A DNA stretch of 55,810 nt from a virus. Lineage: Duplodnaviria; Caudoviricetes. Each line of letters starts with the position of its first letter. The stretch's first letter is position 1. The notes under the pieces were generated by a model that ran no database searches, had not been told where the DNA came from, and saw only the letters and a program-made list of their open reading frames with translations. Position numbers and translations under genes: made by a program. Location: the IMG/VR virus record IMGVR_UViG_3300023184_005760, positions 1 to 55,810 of that record; one strand, written 5' to 3'. This document shows, one piece after another, positions 36,678 through 46,814 of the stretch.

Positions 36678-37109
36678 ATGTTACACACCATCACAAGTAT
36701 TACTGAAGAAATTGTTAATCTCCTAAAGGACGACCCAGTGCGCCCTGAGATACCGGCTGACCAACGAGTCAATTCCAACAGTCGAATATACATGCTCAAA
36801 GATGGAGACCAAACTCGTGCAATCACCTGTGTGAAGTTTTTGGATGTGATTCCAGCCGCAGTGGATGACTTGGTGGGCTTGGTGGGCAGTGCCAAAACTG
36901 CGGTATTTTATACAATTTGGTCATATGCATCTGGGGCAGGGCGTGAACTGATTGTTCGGGCCCAAGAATCAATCAAAGCGGAGTTTCCCAACATTGATAC
37001 CTATGTAACTTTGAGTCCCAAGACCGAGATGGCCAAGCGTTTCCATTTGAAGAATGGTGCCGGCATCTACCGCGAAAATTCTGACACCGTCAATTACATC
37101 TATAAGTAA
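36678..37109 (+). CDS. Hypothetical protein, possibly GNAT-like fold
   Basis: KDDPVRPEI...FYTIWSY..GAGRELI...TLSPKTEMAKRFHLKNGA; TAAATA upstream. Confidence 0.65.
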   Translation: MLHTITSITEEIVNLLKDDPVRPEIPADQRVNSNSRIYMLKDGDQTRAITCVKFLDVIPAAVDDLVGLVGSAKTAVFYTIWSYASGAGRELIVRAQESIKAEFPNIDTYVTLSPKTEMAKRFHLKNGAGIYRENSDTVNYIYK

Positions 37110-37180
37110 CACGCTCGTGTAGCAATCTTGTCCTGCAAGGGGCGGGACTAGATAACACACACATTACACAGGAGAATAAC

Positions 37181-37408
37181 ATGAGCAAAACACCTTACGA
37201 GATCCGTCTCGAACTTCTCAAAATGGCCAACGAAATCCTCGTGACGCCAGTCTTCCAACAACGTCAAGCACTAACTGATGAGTATCACTCTAAGTTAACT
37301 GACGCCAACCGAGGAACGCATCCGTTTCCAACTTTACCAGATTTTCCGTCTAGCACAGATATTGTGAGCAAGGCAGAAGAACTCAAGAAGTTTGTAGACC
37401 AAGCGTAA
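37181..37408 (+). CDS. Small conserved-looking phage protein
   Basis: MSKTPYEIRLELLKMA; AGGAG RBS; followed by a terminator. Confidence 0.75.
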   Translation: MSKTPYEIRLELLKMANEILVTPVFQQRQALTDEYHSKLTDANRGTHPFPTLPDFPSSTDIVSKAEELKKFVDQA

Positions 37409-37413
37409 AAAAT

Positions 37414-37435
37414 GAAAGCCCCGTAAGGGGCTTTC
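37414..37435. terminator. Terminator between convergent genes
   Basis: GAAAGCCCC-GTAA-GGGGCTTTC. Confidence 0.8.
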
Positions 37436-37452
37436 TTGTGAGTGTATTTGAA

Positions 37453-37749
37453 TTACCGGTGCCACTGTCCTTCAAAGCAATGGCGTATTTCGTGACCCAC
37501 TATGGCCATGTCAGTGACCGGTCCAGTGTAGATGGTACAAGTGTGATTGTTGTATTCTGAGCAGGCCAGGATGCGTTGGTTGCTCAGTGCTGGCATCTTG
37601 CCTTGGCAAAATGAACTTACATTTTCTAACACCACCCAGCGTATGGTCTTTTCGGGCAGATTGGAACGGGCTTCAAATTGAATGTTGTAACTTTGAGCCG
37701 AGACTGTTGCACTCAGCGTCAATAACGCAACGGCCAAAAAGGATTTCAT
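37453..37749 (-). CDS. Secreted protein with an HExxH motif
   Basis: Signal peptide; GHEIRHCF. Confidence 0.65.
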   Translation of the reverse strand: MKSFLAVALLTLSATVSAQSYNIQFEARSNLPEKTIRWVVLENVSSFCQGKMPALSNQRILACSEYNNHTCTIYTGPVTDMAIVGHEIRHCFEGQWHR

Positions 37750-38093
37750 GACAACTCCTTGATATGTTTACACTCGCCTCTAAATTTAAACCCTGAACAG
37801 GTGCATGACCATGAGCCACGCACTTCGTTCACGGTGTACTGGTCACCTTTAGATCCAGTTACTGTGAACACACGACCTTCGGGTTCTTCTTCCTTTAGTT
37901 TGGTCTTGAACTGCACAGAGTTCACTGCAAACTTGCGACCACGGGTATCAATGCGTATAGGATTCTTGAACACTTTGATCTCACCTGTACCAAATGGCCG
38001 GAAAGCATACATCTTGCTCTTGCCATCATCCAGCAAGTACACACCATTGGGGGTGGTATCCTTGTAGTCAGTAGTTTCAGCAAACCATTTCAT
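37746..38093 (-). CDS. SWIM zinc-finger protein
   Basis: GSKGDQYTV...SCTCSGFKFRGECKHI. Confidence 0.8.
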   Translation of the reverse strand: MKWFAETTDYKDTTPNGVYLLDDGKSKMYAFRPFGTGEIKVFKNPIRIDTRGRKFAVNSVQFKTKLKEEEPEGRVFTVTGSKGDQYTVNEVRGSWSCTCSGFKFRGECKHIKELS

Positions 38094-38242
38094 TTGGCCA
38101 TGATCCTTGCTATGACTTCACGTGCCTCAGCAAAGTCTACAATTTCGGGTTCCTTGTATTCTGCTGGCTTGACCACAGGCTTGGGCCAACTCGTATAAGG
38201 TTGTGTCCAACTCATTTTAAACCAGTAGTCTTTGTCTTGCAT
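38090..38242 (-). CDS. Small hypothetical protein
   Basis: Start MQDKD coupled to the upstream stop. Confidence 0.5.
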   Translation of the reverse strand: MQDKDYWFKMSWTQPYTSWPKPVVKPAEYKEPEIVDFAEAREVIARIMAK

Positions 38243-38526
38243 TACATTGTCCAAAAAAGTTCTGAGGAGGGTGAGCAAGAGCGAGGAGTATTCACATCCT
38301 CTTGATATTCTTGGCCAGTCATAAGATTTGTACGGGTGACCATCTTGGGTTTGTAACTTTTGGTATCTATGATAGCAAGTTCAGATATGTTCCAACCTGA
38401 CTTGCGGCAAAGACGAGTACGGGTGGCCATTGCCGCGCCAAAAGTTTTGTATGCACGAGTTTTGTTTGGGCCGTCGTTGACAATAAGACCTGAACCTTTG
38501 CTAACAACATAATAACTATGACTCAT
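38242..38526 (-). CDS. Hypothetical early protein
   Basis: NLMTG...NTP.SCSPSSE.FW; AAGGAG RBS. Confidence 0.7.
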   Translation of the reverse strand: MSHSYYVVSKGSGLIVNDGPNKTRAYKTFGAAMATRTRLCRKSGWNISELAIIDTKSYKPKMVTRTNLMTGQEYQEDVNTPRSCSPSSELFWTM

Positions 38527-38555
38527 TGCGGGCTCCTTTTAGTTTCTATACAAGT

Positions 38556-38584
38556 ATTATAACAAATCGGGAAATTCTGGTCAA
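38556..38584 (-). promoter_or_regulatory. Sigma70 early promoter
   Basis: TTGACC-17-TATAAT. Confidence 0.85.
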
Positions 38585-38590
38585 CCAGGA

Positions 38591-38842
38591 TCAATTGGCC
38601 ATCAAGGTGATTTGAACGTCGATGCCTTCGTGGGTAATGCCAACACCCACTGGGCGACCTTCTCCCCGAAAACTACTGTGTCTGCGATCGTAAGCCAATT
38701 TTTGGATTGCAAGGCGCAGAGCCGCACCATGACTCGCTGTGGCTGTTTTTGTGTAGATATCGTTGATGGTACCGTACATGCCAAAACCGTTGACGATAAA
38801 ACGAATTTTGGTGCTGTTACTAAATCCTGCTACGTGGCGCAT
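38591..38842 (-). CDS. Hypothetical early protein
   Basis: Own promoter and AGGAG RBS. Confidence 0.65.
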   Translation of the reverse strand: MRHVAGFSNSTKIRFIVNGFGMYGTINDIYTKTATASHGAALRLAIQKLAYDRRHSSFRGEGRPVGVGITHEGIDVQITLMAN

Positions 38843-38874
38843 TTTGGGCTCCTGTTTTGTTACTCTATGTCTAT

Positions 38875-38903
38875 ATTATAGCAAAATGGGAAATATTGGT
38901 CAA
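38875..38903 (-). promoter_or_regulatory. Sigma70 early promoter
   Basis: TTGACC-17-TATAAT with extended TG. Confidence 0.85.
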
Positions 38904-38908
38904 CCGGC

Positions 38909-38945
38909 AAAAAGTAGTACTTTTTGTGTAATACTCTAGTATTAC
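38909..38945. promoter_or_regulatory. Two adjacent palindromes (operator or recombination site)
   Basis: AAAAAGTA-G-TACTTTTT 38909-38925 and GTAATACT-CT-AGTATTAC 38928-38945. Confidence 0.65.
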
Positions 38946-40015
38946 TTTATCAAGCCCTGCGAGTGTAGTAATTGCGCAACACAATCTGCTGATCGTTCCC
39001 AACTGAATGCATCACGTATGATAGAACTGTTGGCAAAGGCCCGAGTCTGTAGTTCAGGATAATTGTCTCTGGCAATTCTTAGTGCTTGTCTTATGCTGTC
39101 AACTCTAGGTTGTGCCCACTCTCCCCAGTTGCCATCTTCGGTGGGATAGAAAAACTGATACTCTTGGCAGGTAATGGGAGCCATGTCAAACTCCACAGGA
39201 ATTACACTAGATTGAATCGGTTGTAAAAATTCAGTCTGACCACTATGCATGGTTGTGATGATGGGCAGGCCCGCTGCCGCGGCTTCGATCAAGGGCAGGC
39301 CCCATCCTTCACCCTTGGAGGGCAACACAAACACATGACTCTGTTGATATAAATCAACCAAATCAGACTCTGGCACCGGTCCCCATAACACCCGAACATT
39401 ATTGATCCCTGTGGTTTCTAGCCAGCTAGAAATCTCGTTGTATTTTTCTGTTTGATTTGCAAAATGATCGCTCTTGACCACCAACTCCACGCCAGGGTCA
39501 TTGCCAAACTCTTGAATCCAAGCATATATGGTTTCTATAATGCTTTTTCTCAGTTCATACTTGCCGGCAATGAGATAACTCATGATAGGTGACTCCACTC
39601 GGGGTGCATACGGATGATATTTGGCACTGTTGACCCCTTCTGGAACCACGCGGCATCGATCAGGGTTGGCACCGTTGTCGATCAGGATCTTTCGCCCCCA
39701 CTCACTGGGCACCCACACTTGATCGGCTGCCAACATGGTACTCATTATCGTGGGAGGAACTCGAGTGCTTTCAAACACCACCCACTGTATGTTGGTGCCT
39801 TGATAGTGGTCCTGTATTGGCATGCTCACAAACGAGATGTTGATGTCTTCCGGGCGACTGCGTTCGACCCCAGCCCACAACTCATCTTGGTTATCGCAAT
39901 TGACTTCTTCTACTAGATCACCCAAATAACTCATGCGTCTGAGTGCATCAGCAAAATGGCTGTAATGTACACCTATTCCCAGGGTGTTTCTGTGCCCGAT
40001 CAATCTAATTTTCAT
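38942..40015 (-). CDS. GT-B glycosyltransferase (GT4-like)
   Basis: VWVPSEW, RKS, FVLPSKGEGWGLPLIEAAAAGLPII. Confidence 0.9.
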   Translation of the reverse strand: MKIRLIGHRNTLGIGVHYSHFADALRRMSYLGDLVEEVNCDNQDELWAGVERSRPEDINISFVSMPIQDHYQGTNIQWVVFESTRVPPTIMSTMLAADQVWVPSEWGRKILIDNGANPDRCRVVPEGVNSAKYHPYAPRVESPIMSYLIAGKYELRKSIIETIYAWIQEFGNDPGVELVVKSDHFANQTEKYNEISSWLETTGINNVRVLWGPVPESDLVDLYQQSHVFVLPSKGEGWGLPLIEAAAAGLPIITTMHSGQTEFLQPIQSSVIPVEFDMAPITCQEYQFFYPTEDGNWGEWAQPRVDSIRQALRIARDNYPELQTRAFANSSIIRDAFSWERSADCVAQLLHSQGLIK

Positions 40016-40084
40016 TGTTTAAAATCTCATGGTTTTTACTGACTATTTGTGACACTCATGGTAAATACTGAGAAGGAGAAAAAA

Positions 40085-40255
40085 ATGTCACAAATGTTTA
40101 TTCAATTCATCGAACGTCTAGCCGAGATGTTCCCCAAGCAAAATTATCAATCCCGCTTGGAACAGTATTTAAGCACCAAATGCATAACCAGCGCATCAGA
40201 CGTGGAATACTGGCAACGTCAATATGACAAACAATCAGAAAGAAATTTTGCATGA
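40085..40255 (+). CDS. Small protein, DUF3563-like
   Basis: LEQYL...DVEYWQRQYD; TAAATA and AAGGAG upstream. Confidence 0.55.
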   Translation: MSQMFIQFIERLAEMFPKQNYQSRLEQYLSTKCITSASDVEYWQRQYDKQSERNFA

Positions 40256-40347
40256 AACAAGTTCTAAAAGCAGTTTGGCGATTCTTTGAAGTTATTGGCG
40301 AGCATCGCTATCAACTGGCCAAGCGTCGCGGCCACGGAATGTACTAG
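40252..40347 (+). CDS. Small peptide (31 aa)
   Basis: MKQVLKAVWRFFEVIGEHRYQLAKRRGHGMY; ATGA overlap with the upstream gene. Confidence 0.45.
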   Translation: MKQVLKAVWRFFEVIGEHRYQLAKRRGHGMY

Positions 40348-40401
40348 CATGATCGACGCCCTGGTAACATTGTTCCGCTGGGCACGTGAGGGCTGGGAAG
40401 T

Positions 40402-40821
40402 TCATCCGTAAATCCAACCAAAATTTTTAATTTTGTGTATCCAGGTGAACACCGGCACTGAAAATTCCAGGCGATAAACGCCATTCCAGCCCAGGTATCC
40501 CTGTCCTGGCAGTGGAGATGTCCGGTTGGAATAATGAGCAGGATATTCCGGATAATACATTCCGGCCCAGACAAACTTGGAATCTGAGATCCCAAAGAAA
40601 CTGATCGATTTTACAATCACTGCGGTGTCAGGATCATGATCCTGTTTTTCAAAATGTTCCACTGAAAGATACCCACTGTCTACGGCATCAAACTCAAAAC
40701 TAAAGTCAGTTTCTGTGATCAGTTTCAGCAGTTGTCCTTGTCCGTTGGCGTCTATGATCACCCAAGGTTGCCCCACAGGCTCAAGAGTCACACGCATTTT
40801 CACCGGGTATTCAGTAGGCAT
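40402..40821 (-). CDS. Hypothetical protein coupled to a radical SAM gene
   Basis: YLGWNG.YRLEF.VPVFTWIH. Confidence 0.65.
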   Translation of the reverse strand: MPTEYPVKMRVTLEPVGQPWVIIDANGQGQLLKLITETDFSFEFDAVDSGYLSVEHFEKQDHDPDTAVIVKSISFFGISDSKFVWAGMYYPEYPAHYSNRTSPLPGQGYLGWNGVYRLEFSVPVFTWIHKIKNFGWIYG

Positions 40822-42112
40822 ACTGTGTCCATATTTGAGTTAGTTCAGGATATAATGATCTAGCATCATATCCATAAACCTGATCCCACTTGCGACAGTG
40901 TTCCACCATGAGTTTCAATTGTGCATCTGCATCTGGTGGTTGATCAGTTGACAACAACTGCAAACACATTTCGGCCTGACGTTTGATTGCCACTTGAAAA
41001 TTGTGAGGGTCATTGGCATTGAAATCATCTGTGGCATTGATTGAATTCAATTGATCAATCAACTGCTGGTATTCAACAGCATACTGCTGTTTGACTGCTG
41101 ACGGCAGATTCACAGCATATAAAAATTTTGGATCGTAGCACAAATTGGATCTAACCAATAACTCATGCTCCAGAGCATACTTCAACAGTGTGTGGTAGTA
41201 GCCTATTGACAGCAAACTGGGTGCCGAACGCAGGGTCACTGTGATATTGGACTTGTTGCACAAATCTCGATAACTTTGGATATTTTTTAATACCTGGGCT
41301 GTGTTGGTGCCTTGCCTTTGATATGCGTTATGATCTGTAACAGTTTCAATGCTGATTTCAATTCCAACCCGTTTGAATTGTTTCAACTTGTGGATCAGGT
41401 CAGGTCGGAACACTGTGCCATTGGTCACAAAACTAAAACACAAATCAAACTTTTTGTGTGCAATCATGGTGTCCACCAAGTTTTCAAGGCGATCGGTCAA
41501 CAGGGTTTCACCACCCATGAAGTGAATGTTGTTTAAATTTTGAATAGTCAATATCTGTTGAACAAAATTGTTCCAGACTCGAGGATCACGAGTCCAATCC
41601 ACTCCCAGATATTTTTTGCTTTCTGTGATTCCCCATTGTACCTGTTGCGACGCAATGGTACTGCTGGCATTGGGCTGACACATTTTGCAGGCTAGATTAC
41701 AAAAATTGCCAAGATTGACGTGCAAGTCAATAGGCATGGTATCAGTAACACCGTTATTGCTGTACTCAAAGTGCTTGCGACTGGGACTTTGCAGATAACT
41801 TTGATCAAAGGCCTGTGCAAAAATCACACTCTTTTGATTTTCCTTGATGCGTTTGCTGTAACTTCCGTGTTGCTCTTCTAGATAACAAACCTTGCAAGGA
41901 GATATTTTTTGTATGCCTTGGATGCCTTGTCTAAACTCACGCACAGGTTCACTGTTGTACCATTGCTCAATGGTCATGTTGGAGATGTTGTACTGCCGAT
42001 CAGTGGCCGGATACAGCCGATGGTCCTCGCTACAACATATACCAAAACTACCGTCCCAGTATATTTGTAGACCGTACCAAGGTACATTGCAAAAAATATT
42101 TTGATTAGGCAC
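40811..42112 (-). CDS. Radical SAM protein with N-terminal twitch-like domain
   Basis: CNVPW...ICC...CKVC; CNLACKMC; FMGGE; TNGT. Confidence 0.88.
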   Translation of the reverse strand: MPNQNIFCNVPWYGLQIYWDGSFGICCSEDHRLYPATDRQYNISNMTIEQWYNSEPVREFRQGIQGIQKISPCKVCYLEEQHGSYSKRIKENQKSVIFAQAFDQSYLQSPSRKHFEYSNNGVTDTMPIDLHVNLGNFCNLACKMCQPNASSTIASQQVQWGITESKKYLGVDWTRDPRVWNNFVQQILTIQNLNNIHFMGGETLLTDRLENLVDTMIAHKKFDLCFSFVTNGTVFRPDLIHKLKQFKRVGIEISIETVTDHNAYQRQGTNTAQVLKNIQSYRDLCNKSNITVTLRSAPSLLSIGYYHTLLKYALEHELLVRSNLCYDPKFLYAVNLPSAVKQQYAVEYQQLIDQLNSINATDDFNANDPHNFQVAIKRQAEMCLQLLSTDQPPDADAQLKLMVEHCRKWDQVYGYDARSLYPELTQIWTQYAY

Positions 42113-42698
42113 GTCGATCGAGTATTTTATCCACTAGTCCATAATCCAAGGCTTCTTGAGCTGACATAAAGAAATCACGTTCCATGTCTGCTGATAATTG
42201 CTCAAAGGTCTTGCCCTTGCTGTTGTGCTTGACATAGATCGTGGTCAGATACTCTTTCATCTTTTGGATTTCTCTTGCTTGGATTTGGATGTCTGTGGCT
42301 TGTCCATGAGCACCGCCCGATGGTTGGTGAATCATGTGTCGGGCATGGGGCAGGATCATGCGCTTGCCCGCGGCTCCTGCTGTACTTAGCAGACTTCCCA
42401 TGGAGCAGGCCTGTCCCATCACAATGGTCTGCACATCACACTTGATAAACTGCATGGTATCATAGATAGCCATGCCTGCTGTTACTGATCCACCCGGGCT
42501 GTTAATATATAGACTGATATCTTTGTCTGGATTATCACTTTCCAAAAACAACATTTGTGCTACCAGCAAACTGGCTGTGTGTTCCGATACTTCTGTGTCC
42601 AGCATGATCACACGGTCTTTGAGCAATCGGCTGTAGATGTCATAACTGCGTTCACCTTTTGAGGTTTGTTCAAGCACAATTGGCACTAGATTTGGCAT
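42105..42698 (-). CDS. clpP: ClpP protease proteolytic subunit
   Basis: [30 protein letters not shown]; AAGGAG RBS before MPNLV. Confidence 0.95.
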   Translation of the reverse strand: MPNLVPIVLEQTSKGERSYDIYSRLLKDRVIMLDTEVSEHTASLLVAQMLFLESDNPDKDISLYINSPGGSVTAGMAIYDTMQFIKCDVQTIVMGQACSMGSLLSTAGAAGKRMILPHARHMIHQPSGGAHGQATDIQIQAREIQKMKEYLTTIYVKHNSKGKTFEQLSADMERDFFMSAQEALDYGLVDKILDRRA

Positions 42699-42749
42699 GG
42701 GGTCTCCTTGTTGAAAGCATAAGTATAACAATATTCTTGGAAAAAAGCA

Positions 42750-44357
42750 ATGCGTGACCTACTCAATTTACTCGACAATGTACTAACTGAAGAAAAACTT
42801 GCCTTCAAGGAACTGGGTCCTAAAAAGATGTCTTCTGTTGTGAACCCAAAAACCAAAAAACCATTTACTCGTGCTGAATTATTTTTGTACAAAGTCAAGA
42901 ACAATTTGCCTTTTGAACTGGTTGCTGGTGGCACCGTTGTCATTAACCCCAAAGAAGCGCGAAATGTCGCGGCATGGTTGGCCACTGGCCCCACAGGAAC
43001 CATAGAGATGAGTACTGCAGATGGCGGCACAGTAAAAAATACCGGCCTACAAAAGACCGTGGAGTTTGGCAGCAAAGAAGCCGAAAATATCAAAATCAAG
43101 CCCAGTGATATTTTCCAAACAGACCCCGAAACTGAAATTGCCGATCTAGGCAACAATATTGATACCCTGTTACAAGCCGGAGGATTTCCAGCCTCAGAGA
43201 TGTATAACAAGATTGCCAACAACCCTGCCTTAGTAAACATGGGACAAATAGGTGATGCGGTGATCTACATGGCCAATCAAGCCAATCATGGACAGATTCC
43301 AAAGTTTCCAGACAATCTCAACCAAGATCAAATCAAGGCAATTGAATTATACGCCAGTGAATATCTTGGTGCCCTGGGCTTGGTCAGTGGTGCAGTACCA
43401 TTCATGCGTGGCAGTCGAGAAGAGTTTGAAGGATTCGTGGGCGGCGATCTCAAAGACATGATCATGTTTTTCCCCAAGGCATCCAACAATCCCCTGGCAG
43501 ATAGTTTTAGTGTTGTGAATGATCAAACTGGTCATGCTGTCAAAATTTCCAGCAAGGCCGCTGGCAAAGGTGCCCCACCAAGCCTGGGCAGTATGAAGTT
43601 TCCAGATGATGTTCGGGAAAAATATCCCGAAGCCACTGCTTTCTTGGACCGAGCACAAGACTCATCATTGAGTGCATTTACACAACCATTTGAATTGATG
43701 AACTATTTGTATGAAATCAATCCTAACAAAATTCCCAAAGCCTATCGCAGTCTCATGCCGTTTACTCCAGAGTTACAAGCCAGGCTTGAAAGCAATTTCA
43801 AAGGTGGCAAGCCCGTTCCGCAAACAATCATGGACAAATTTAAAAAACAGTTGGGTGAAAAAGTTCGCAATGGTGATGCCACAGATGGTGGCAAAGCATG
43901 GTATGCTGTGATTCAAGACATGATGCGAGCCGTTAACACTGATCGCGCTGTGCCTGAACTACGTGCCGCATTGATTGAGAGCCTGGGTTACAACTTTGTT
44001 CAGTTGTACTCCAACGTCAAGGGTGACCGACTGGTAACCGAAGCGTTTTGGCCTGCAAAGATTAGTGGACAGGTCAAACTCAAATCAAAAGGATCCGCTG
44101 GTGAACTCAAAGGCAAGATGAGTGTGGAAATATCGCCCGGTGGTGAGGACTTGTATAACCCTTATGACCTTGGAGACAAACGTGGTGACCTTGGCAGTAT
44201 TGATGACGGCGATGCGGCCGACATGGATACTGATGATTATGACAAAATCACCAACGCACCAAGGCTGAAAGGGCCCGGAGCCAAGGCAGCCAGACAAGCC
44301 CAACAGCCAGACTTTGATGAAAAAACTCTAGGACGCAAGAAAAAAGGCGGTGGTTAA
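42750..44357 (+). CDS. Putative internal virion protein with a nuclease-like motif
   Basis: Leader [14 protein letters not shown]; YASEYLG...[12 protein letters not shown]...KISSK. Confidence 0.55.
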   Translation: MRDLLNLLDNVLTEEKLAFKELGPKKMSSVVNPKTKKPFTRAELFLYKVKNNLPFELVAGGTVVINPKEARNVAAWLATGPTGTIEMSTADGGTVKNTGLQKTVEFGSKEAENIKIKPSDIFQTDPETEIADLGNNIDTLLQAGGFPASEMYNKIANNPALVNMGQIGDAVIYMANQANHGQIPKFPDNLNQDQIKAIELYASEYLGALGLVSGAVPFMRGSREEFEGFVGGDLKDMIMFFPKASNNPLADSFSVVNDQTGHAVKISSKAAGKGAPPSLGSMKFPDDVREKYPEATAFLDRAQDSSLSAFTQPFELMNYLYEINPNKIPKAYRSLMPFTPELQARLESNFKGGKPVPQTIMDKFKKQLGEKVRNGDATDGGKAWYAVIQDMMRAVNTDRAVPELRAALIESLGYNFVQLYSNVKGDRLVTEAFWPAKISGQVKLKSKGSAGELKGKMSVEISPGGEDLYNPYDLGDKRGDLGSIDDGDAADMDTDDYDKITNAPRLKGPGAKAARQAQQPDFDEKTLGRKKKGGG

Positions 44358-44740
44358 TCTGTATTGTCGTTAGCGGCCACGTATGCCGCATGTACAAAAT
44401 CTTCTGTGTCTGGGTGTGTGCCACCTATTTTCCAATCCTGGCCAGGAATACCGTCGCGGTCGGGATATATGGTAGCAATAAGTCCATTACCAAATTCCAA
44501 AGTCCATGTGTTATTTTCGCCACATGGGCCAAATGCAAATTCCAACTGCTTCGTAGGTGCTCTCAATGAGCCTTGAAGTGATGTGCGATTTCCTTTTGTT
44601 CCGGGATCGTCACTAATATTCATCACATCAGTTACGTCAAATTTGGGTAGATAGCGTTTATCGCGTTGTAGTCTGCCAAGCATTCCATCTTCTGCTTCCT
44701 TGATAATATCAATGTAGTTTCTTAATAAATCTGTGCTCAT
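44354..44740 (-). CDS. Putative internal virion protein
   Basis: Leader MSTDLLRNYIDIIKEAE; TAAATA at 44763-44768. Confidence 0.55.
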   Translation of the reverse strand: MSTDLLRNYIDIIKEAEDGMLGRLQRDKRYLPKFDVTDVMNISDDPGTKGNRTSLQGSLRAPTKQLEFAFGPCGENNTWTLEFGNGLIATIYPDRDGIPGQDWKIGGTHPDTEDFVHAAYVAANDNTD

Positions 44741-44761
44741 AGTATCTCCAAACGATTGTTT

Positions 44762-45349
44762 TTATTTACCATGACTCATTACACTAATATCATCGCAGAT
44801 GCCCAGTGCTAGGGCTTCTGATGCACTCAGCCAAACGTCTTGTGGTGGCAACAAGTTGTTGCGTATTTCTTCCCGGCCCAGTCCTGTACACAATTCATAG
44901 TGTGCAATCATTCGAGCCTGGGTGAGTTCAAACTCACGCATGGTAGCAAACAACTCATGTGCCTTGCCTTCATTGTACCAGGAGAATTGATGGCTTAGAA
45001 TTGAAGTATTGGGTGTGAGCACTCGGCGTCCGTGAGTGCCAGAAATAAAGATCAACAATCCTGCTGATGCAATGGTTCCCAACCCCACAGTTTTAACTGG
45101 AATCTGCGAACTCATCATCACATCAATCAAGGCAAATGCTGAACCCATGTCTCCACCATTGGAGCAGATCATCAGCAACAATTCTTTTTTCTTTTTTTTG
45201 GTCACATAGTTTTCGTAAAGTAACCATTCCACAACTGGTTTGATACTTTCATCATCCACGTCGCCCATGAAAACATACATGCCAGTGTCGGCAAGTGCTT
45301 GGGCGTGAGTTTGTTCTGTTTGGGTAGTTTCAATTATTGGCATGATCAT
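44762..45349 (-). CDS. Second, divergent ClpP-like protease
   Basis: ICSNGGD, IASAG, LSHQ, DVWLSASEALALGICD. Confidence 0.85.
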   Translation of the reverse strand: MIMPIIETTQTEQTHAQALADTGMYVFMGDVDDESIKPVVEWLLYENYVTKKKKKELLLMICSNGGDMGSAFALIDVMMSSQIPVKTVGLGTIASAGLLIFISGTHGRRVLTPNTSILSHQFSWYNEGKAHELFATMREFELTQARMIAHYELCTGLGREEIRNNLLPPQDVWLSASEALALGICDDISVMSHGK

Positions 45350-45397
45350 AAAAGAGAAAAAGCGGTGTTTTTGGCACCGCTTCTATTTATACGCCGT

Positions 45398-46204
45398 TTA
45401 TCGTACGGTGGTTTGACCAATCACTGCGCCAGGCTTGGCCAGTGCTTCGTCCCGTTTTTGCTTGTATTCAGCATTGTCCACATCAAGTAACTTGACCTCA
45501 CCTGATGTTGTAGGCACAGTTACAGGGGTTACTCGACTTTGTGGAGTTAACCTACGCTCAAGTGCTGAATCGGCATCTTGCTCACGCTTGGAATCACGTG
45601 CTTCGTTGGCATCCATGCTTTGCTCTGCGGCACGACCACGAATCTCGGCTTCACGTTGCATGCGAGACTGATCCCTACGTGTTTGCATTACATTGTTGAC
45701 GCCGGTGGGCAAACGCAATAACACATAGACCTTGTAGTACTGACCATCATGTGTGGCTCGACTATCAACTCGTTGTGCGCCACTCAATTCACCATTGGCG
45801 TTTTTGCGAGTGACTTGTTGATAGTCTTCGATTGTGACTGATCCACGATCGGCTCGGTAACTGTTGGTCTGCGTTGTGATGCGGCTGTACATCTGCTCAA
45901 CCAGTTTGCGCTCTGCGGCCATACGTGCTTTGTCGTAAGCCATCTGCTCGTCTGTACTTGTTGCAGTGCCTACAGCAAACGTCATGTCTGGTGTATCTGG
46001 GGGCAAGTTTACATACCAAGCAGGTGCCTGCGGAACCACACGAGCCTGTGCCTGGGGCAAGGCATAAGGATGTGGGGGTGGTGCAATTTCAACCACTCGA
46101 GCAGCCGGAGCCGGAGTAGGTGCCACTGTTTCGGCTCGTTGTGTGCTGGCGCATGCCACAAGACTCACAGCCACAGCCACGGTTGATAAACGCTTAATTA
46201 ACAT
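45398..46204 (-). CDS. Lipoprotein, LPP20-like
   Basis: Lipobox LVAC; PAWY...FAVGTATS.DEQMA..KA. Confidence 0.7.
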   Translation of the reverse strand: MLIKRLSTVAVAVSLVACASTQRAETVAPTPAPAARVVEIAPPPHPYALPQAQARVVPQAPAWYVNLPPDTPDMTFAVGTATSTDEQMAYDKARMAAERKLVEQMYSRITTQTNSYRADRGSVTIEDYQQVTRKNANGELSGAQRVDSRATHDGQYYKVYVLLRLPTGVNNVMQTRRDQSRMQREAEIRGRAAEQSMDANEARDSKREQDADSALERRLTPQSRVTPVTVPTTSGEVKLLDVDNAEYKQKRDEALAKPGAVIGQTTVR

Positions 46205-46238
46205 ACATACCTTTCCGGGTTAGTTTTACGATAGTTCA

Positions 46239-46267
46239 ATTATACAGGATTGATCATATTTTGTCAA
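46239..46267 (-). promoter_or_regulatory. Sigma70 early promoter
   Basis: TTGACA-17-TATAAT. Confidence 0.85.
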
Positions 46268-46814
46268 CCACTACCCACTGATCCGTTTCCAATCTGCAGA
46301 TAATGCCTTGACGTGTTTGCACATCAGTTTGGGCCCACTCGGTATCCAAAAACCAACGGCACCGAGTACCATTGTGCCAAAACTCTTTAGGGTAATCTGG
46401 GTGTGGCCTAAATTGGTGCAAGCGTCCTTGTGTGCCTACTGCTGTTTTTCTCAGGGTGTCCATATTGGGGCGATCAGTACAGACCATTGTACTTTCTCCA
46501 CGTACACCGACTGGAGCCACGTGTGTTCTTACACTGGCATCTGCTCGGCTCATGGCCACAGCACAGGCTTCTGCGTCAGGTGCGTTGCCCGGCCAATCAT
46601 ACACGCCCTGGGCCAAGTACCACTGAGCACCAATTCTGGCTTTGTAACTCACTTGACATCTGCGATAACCAATGTTGGGGCTGGGCACAATGTCCTTGCG
46701 AACATCACTGCGTTCTTCAATTCTAACTGTGGCTGAAGTAGTAGTGCGGTCAGTCATCACACATTCAGCCTGTGCCAGTATAGGAATCAGGGCCGCTAGT
46801 AGTAATCGTTTCAT
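46254..46814 (-). CDS. Secreted Cys-containing protein
   Basis: Signal peptide ending AQA; six Cys. Confidence 0.65.
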   Translation of the reverse strand: MKRLLLAALIPILAQAECVMTDRTTTSATVRIEERSDVRKDIVPSPNIGYRRCQVSYKARIGAQWYLAQGVYDWPGNAPDAEACAVAMSRADASVRTHVAPVGVRGESTMVCTDRPNMDTLRKTAVGTQGRLHQFRPHPDYPKEFWHNGTRCRWFLDTEWAQTDVQTRQGIICRLETDQWVVVDKI

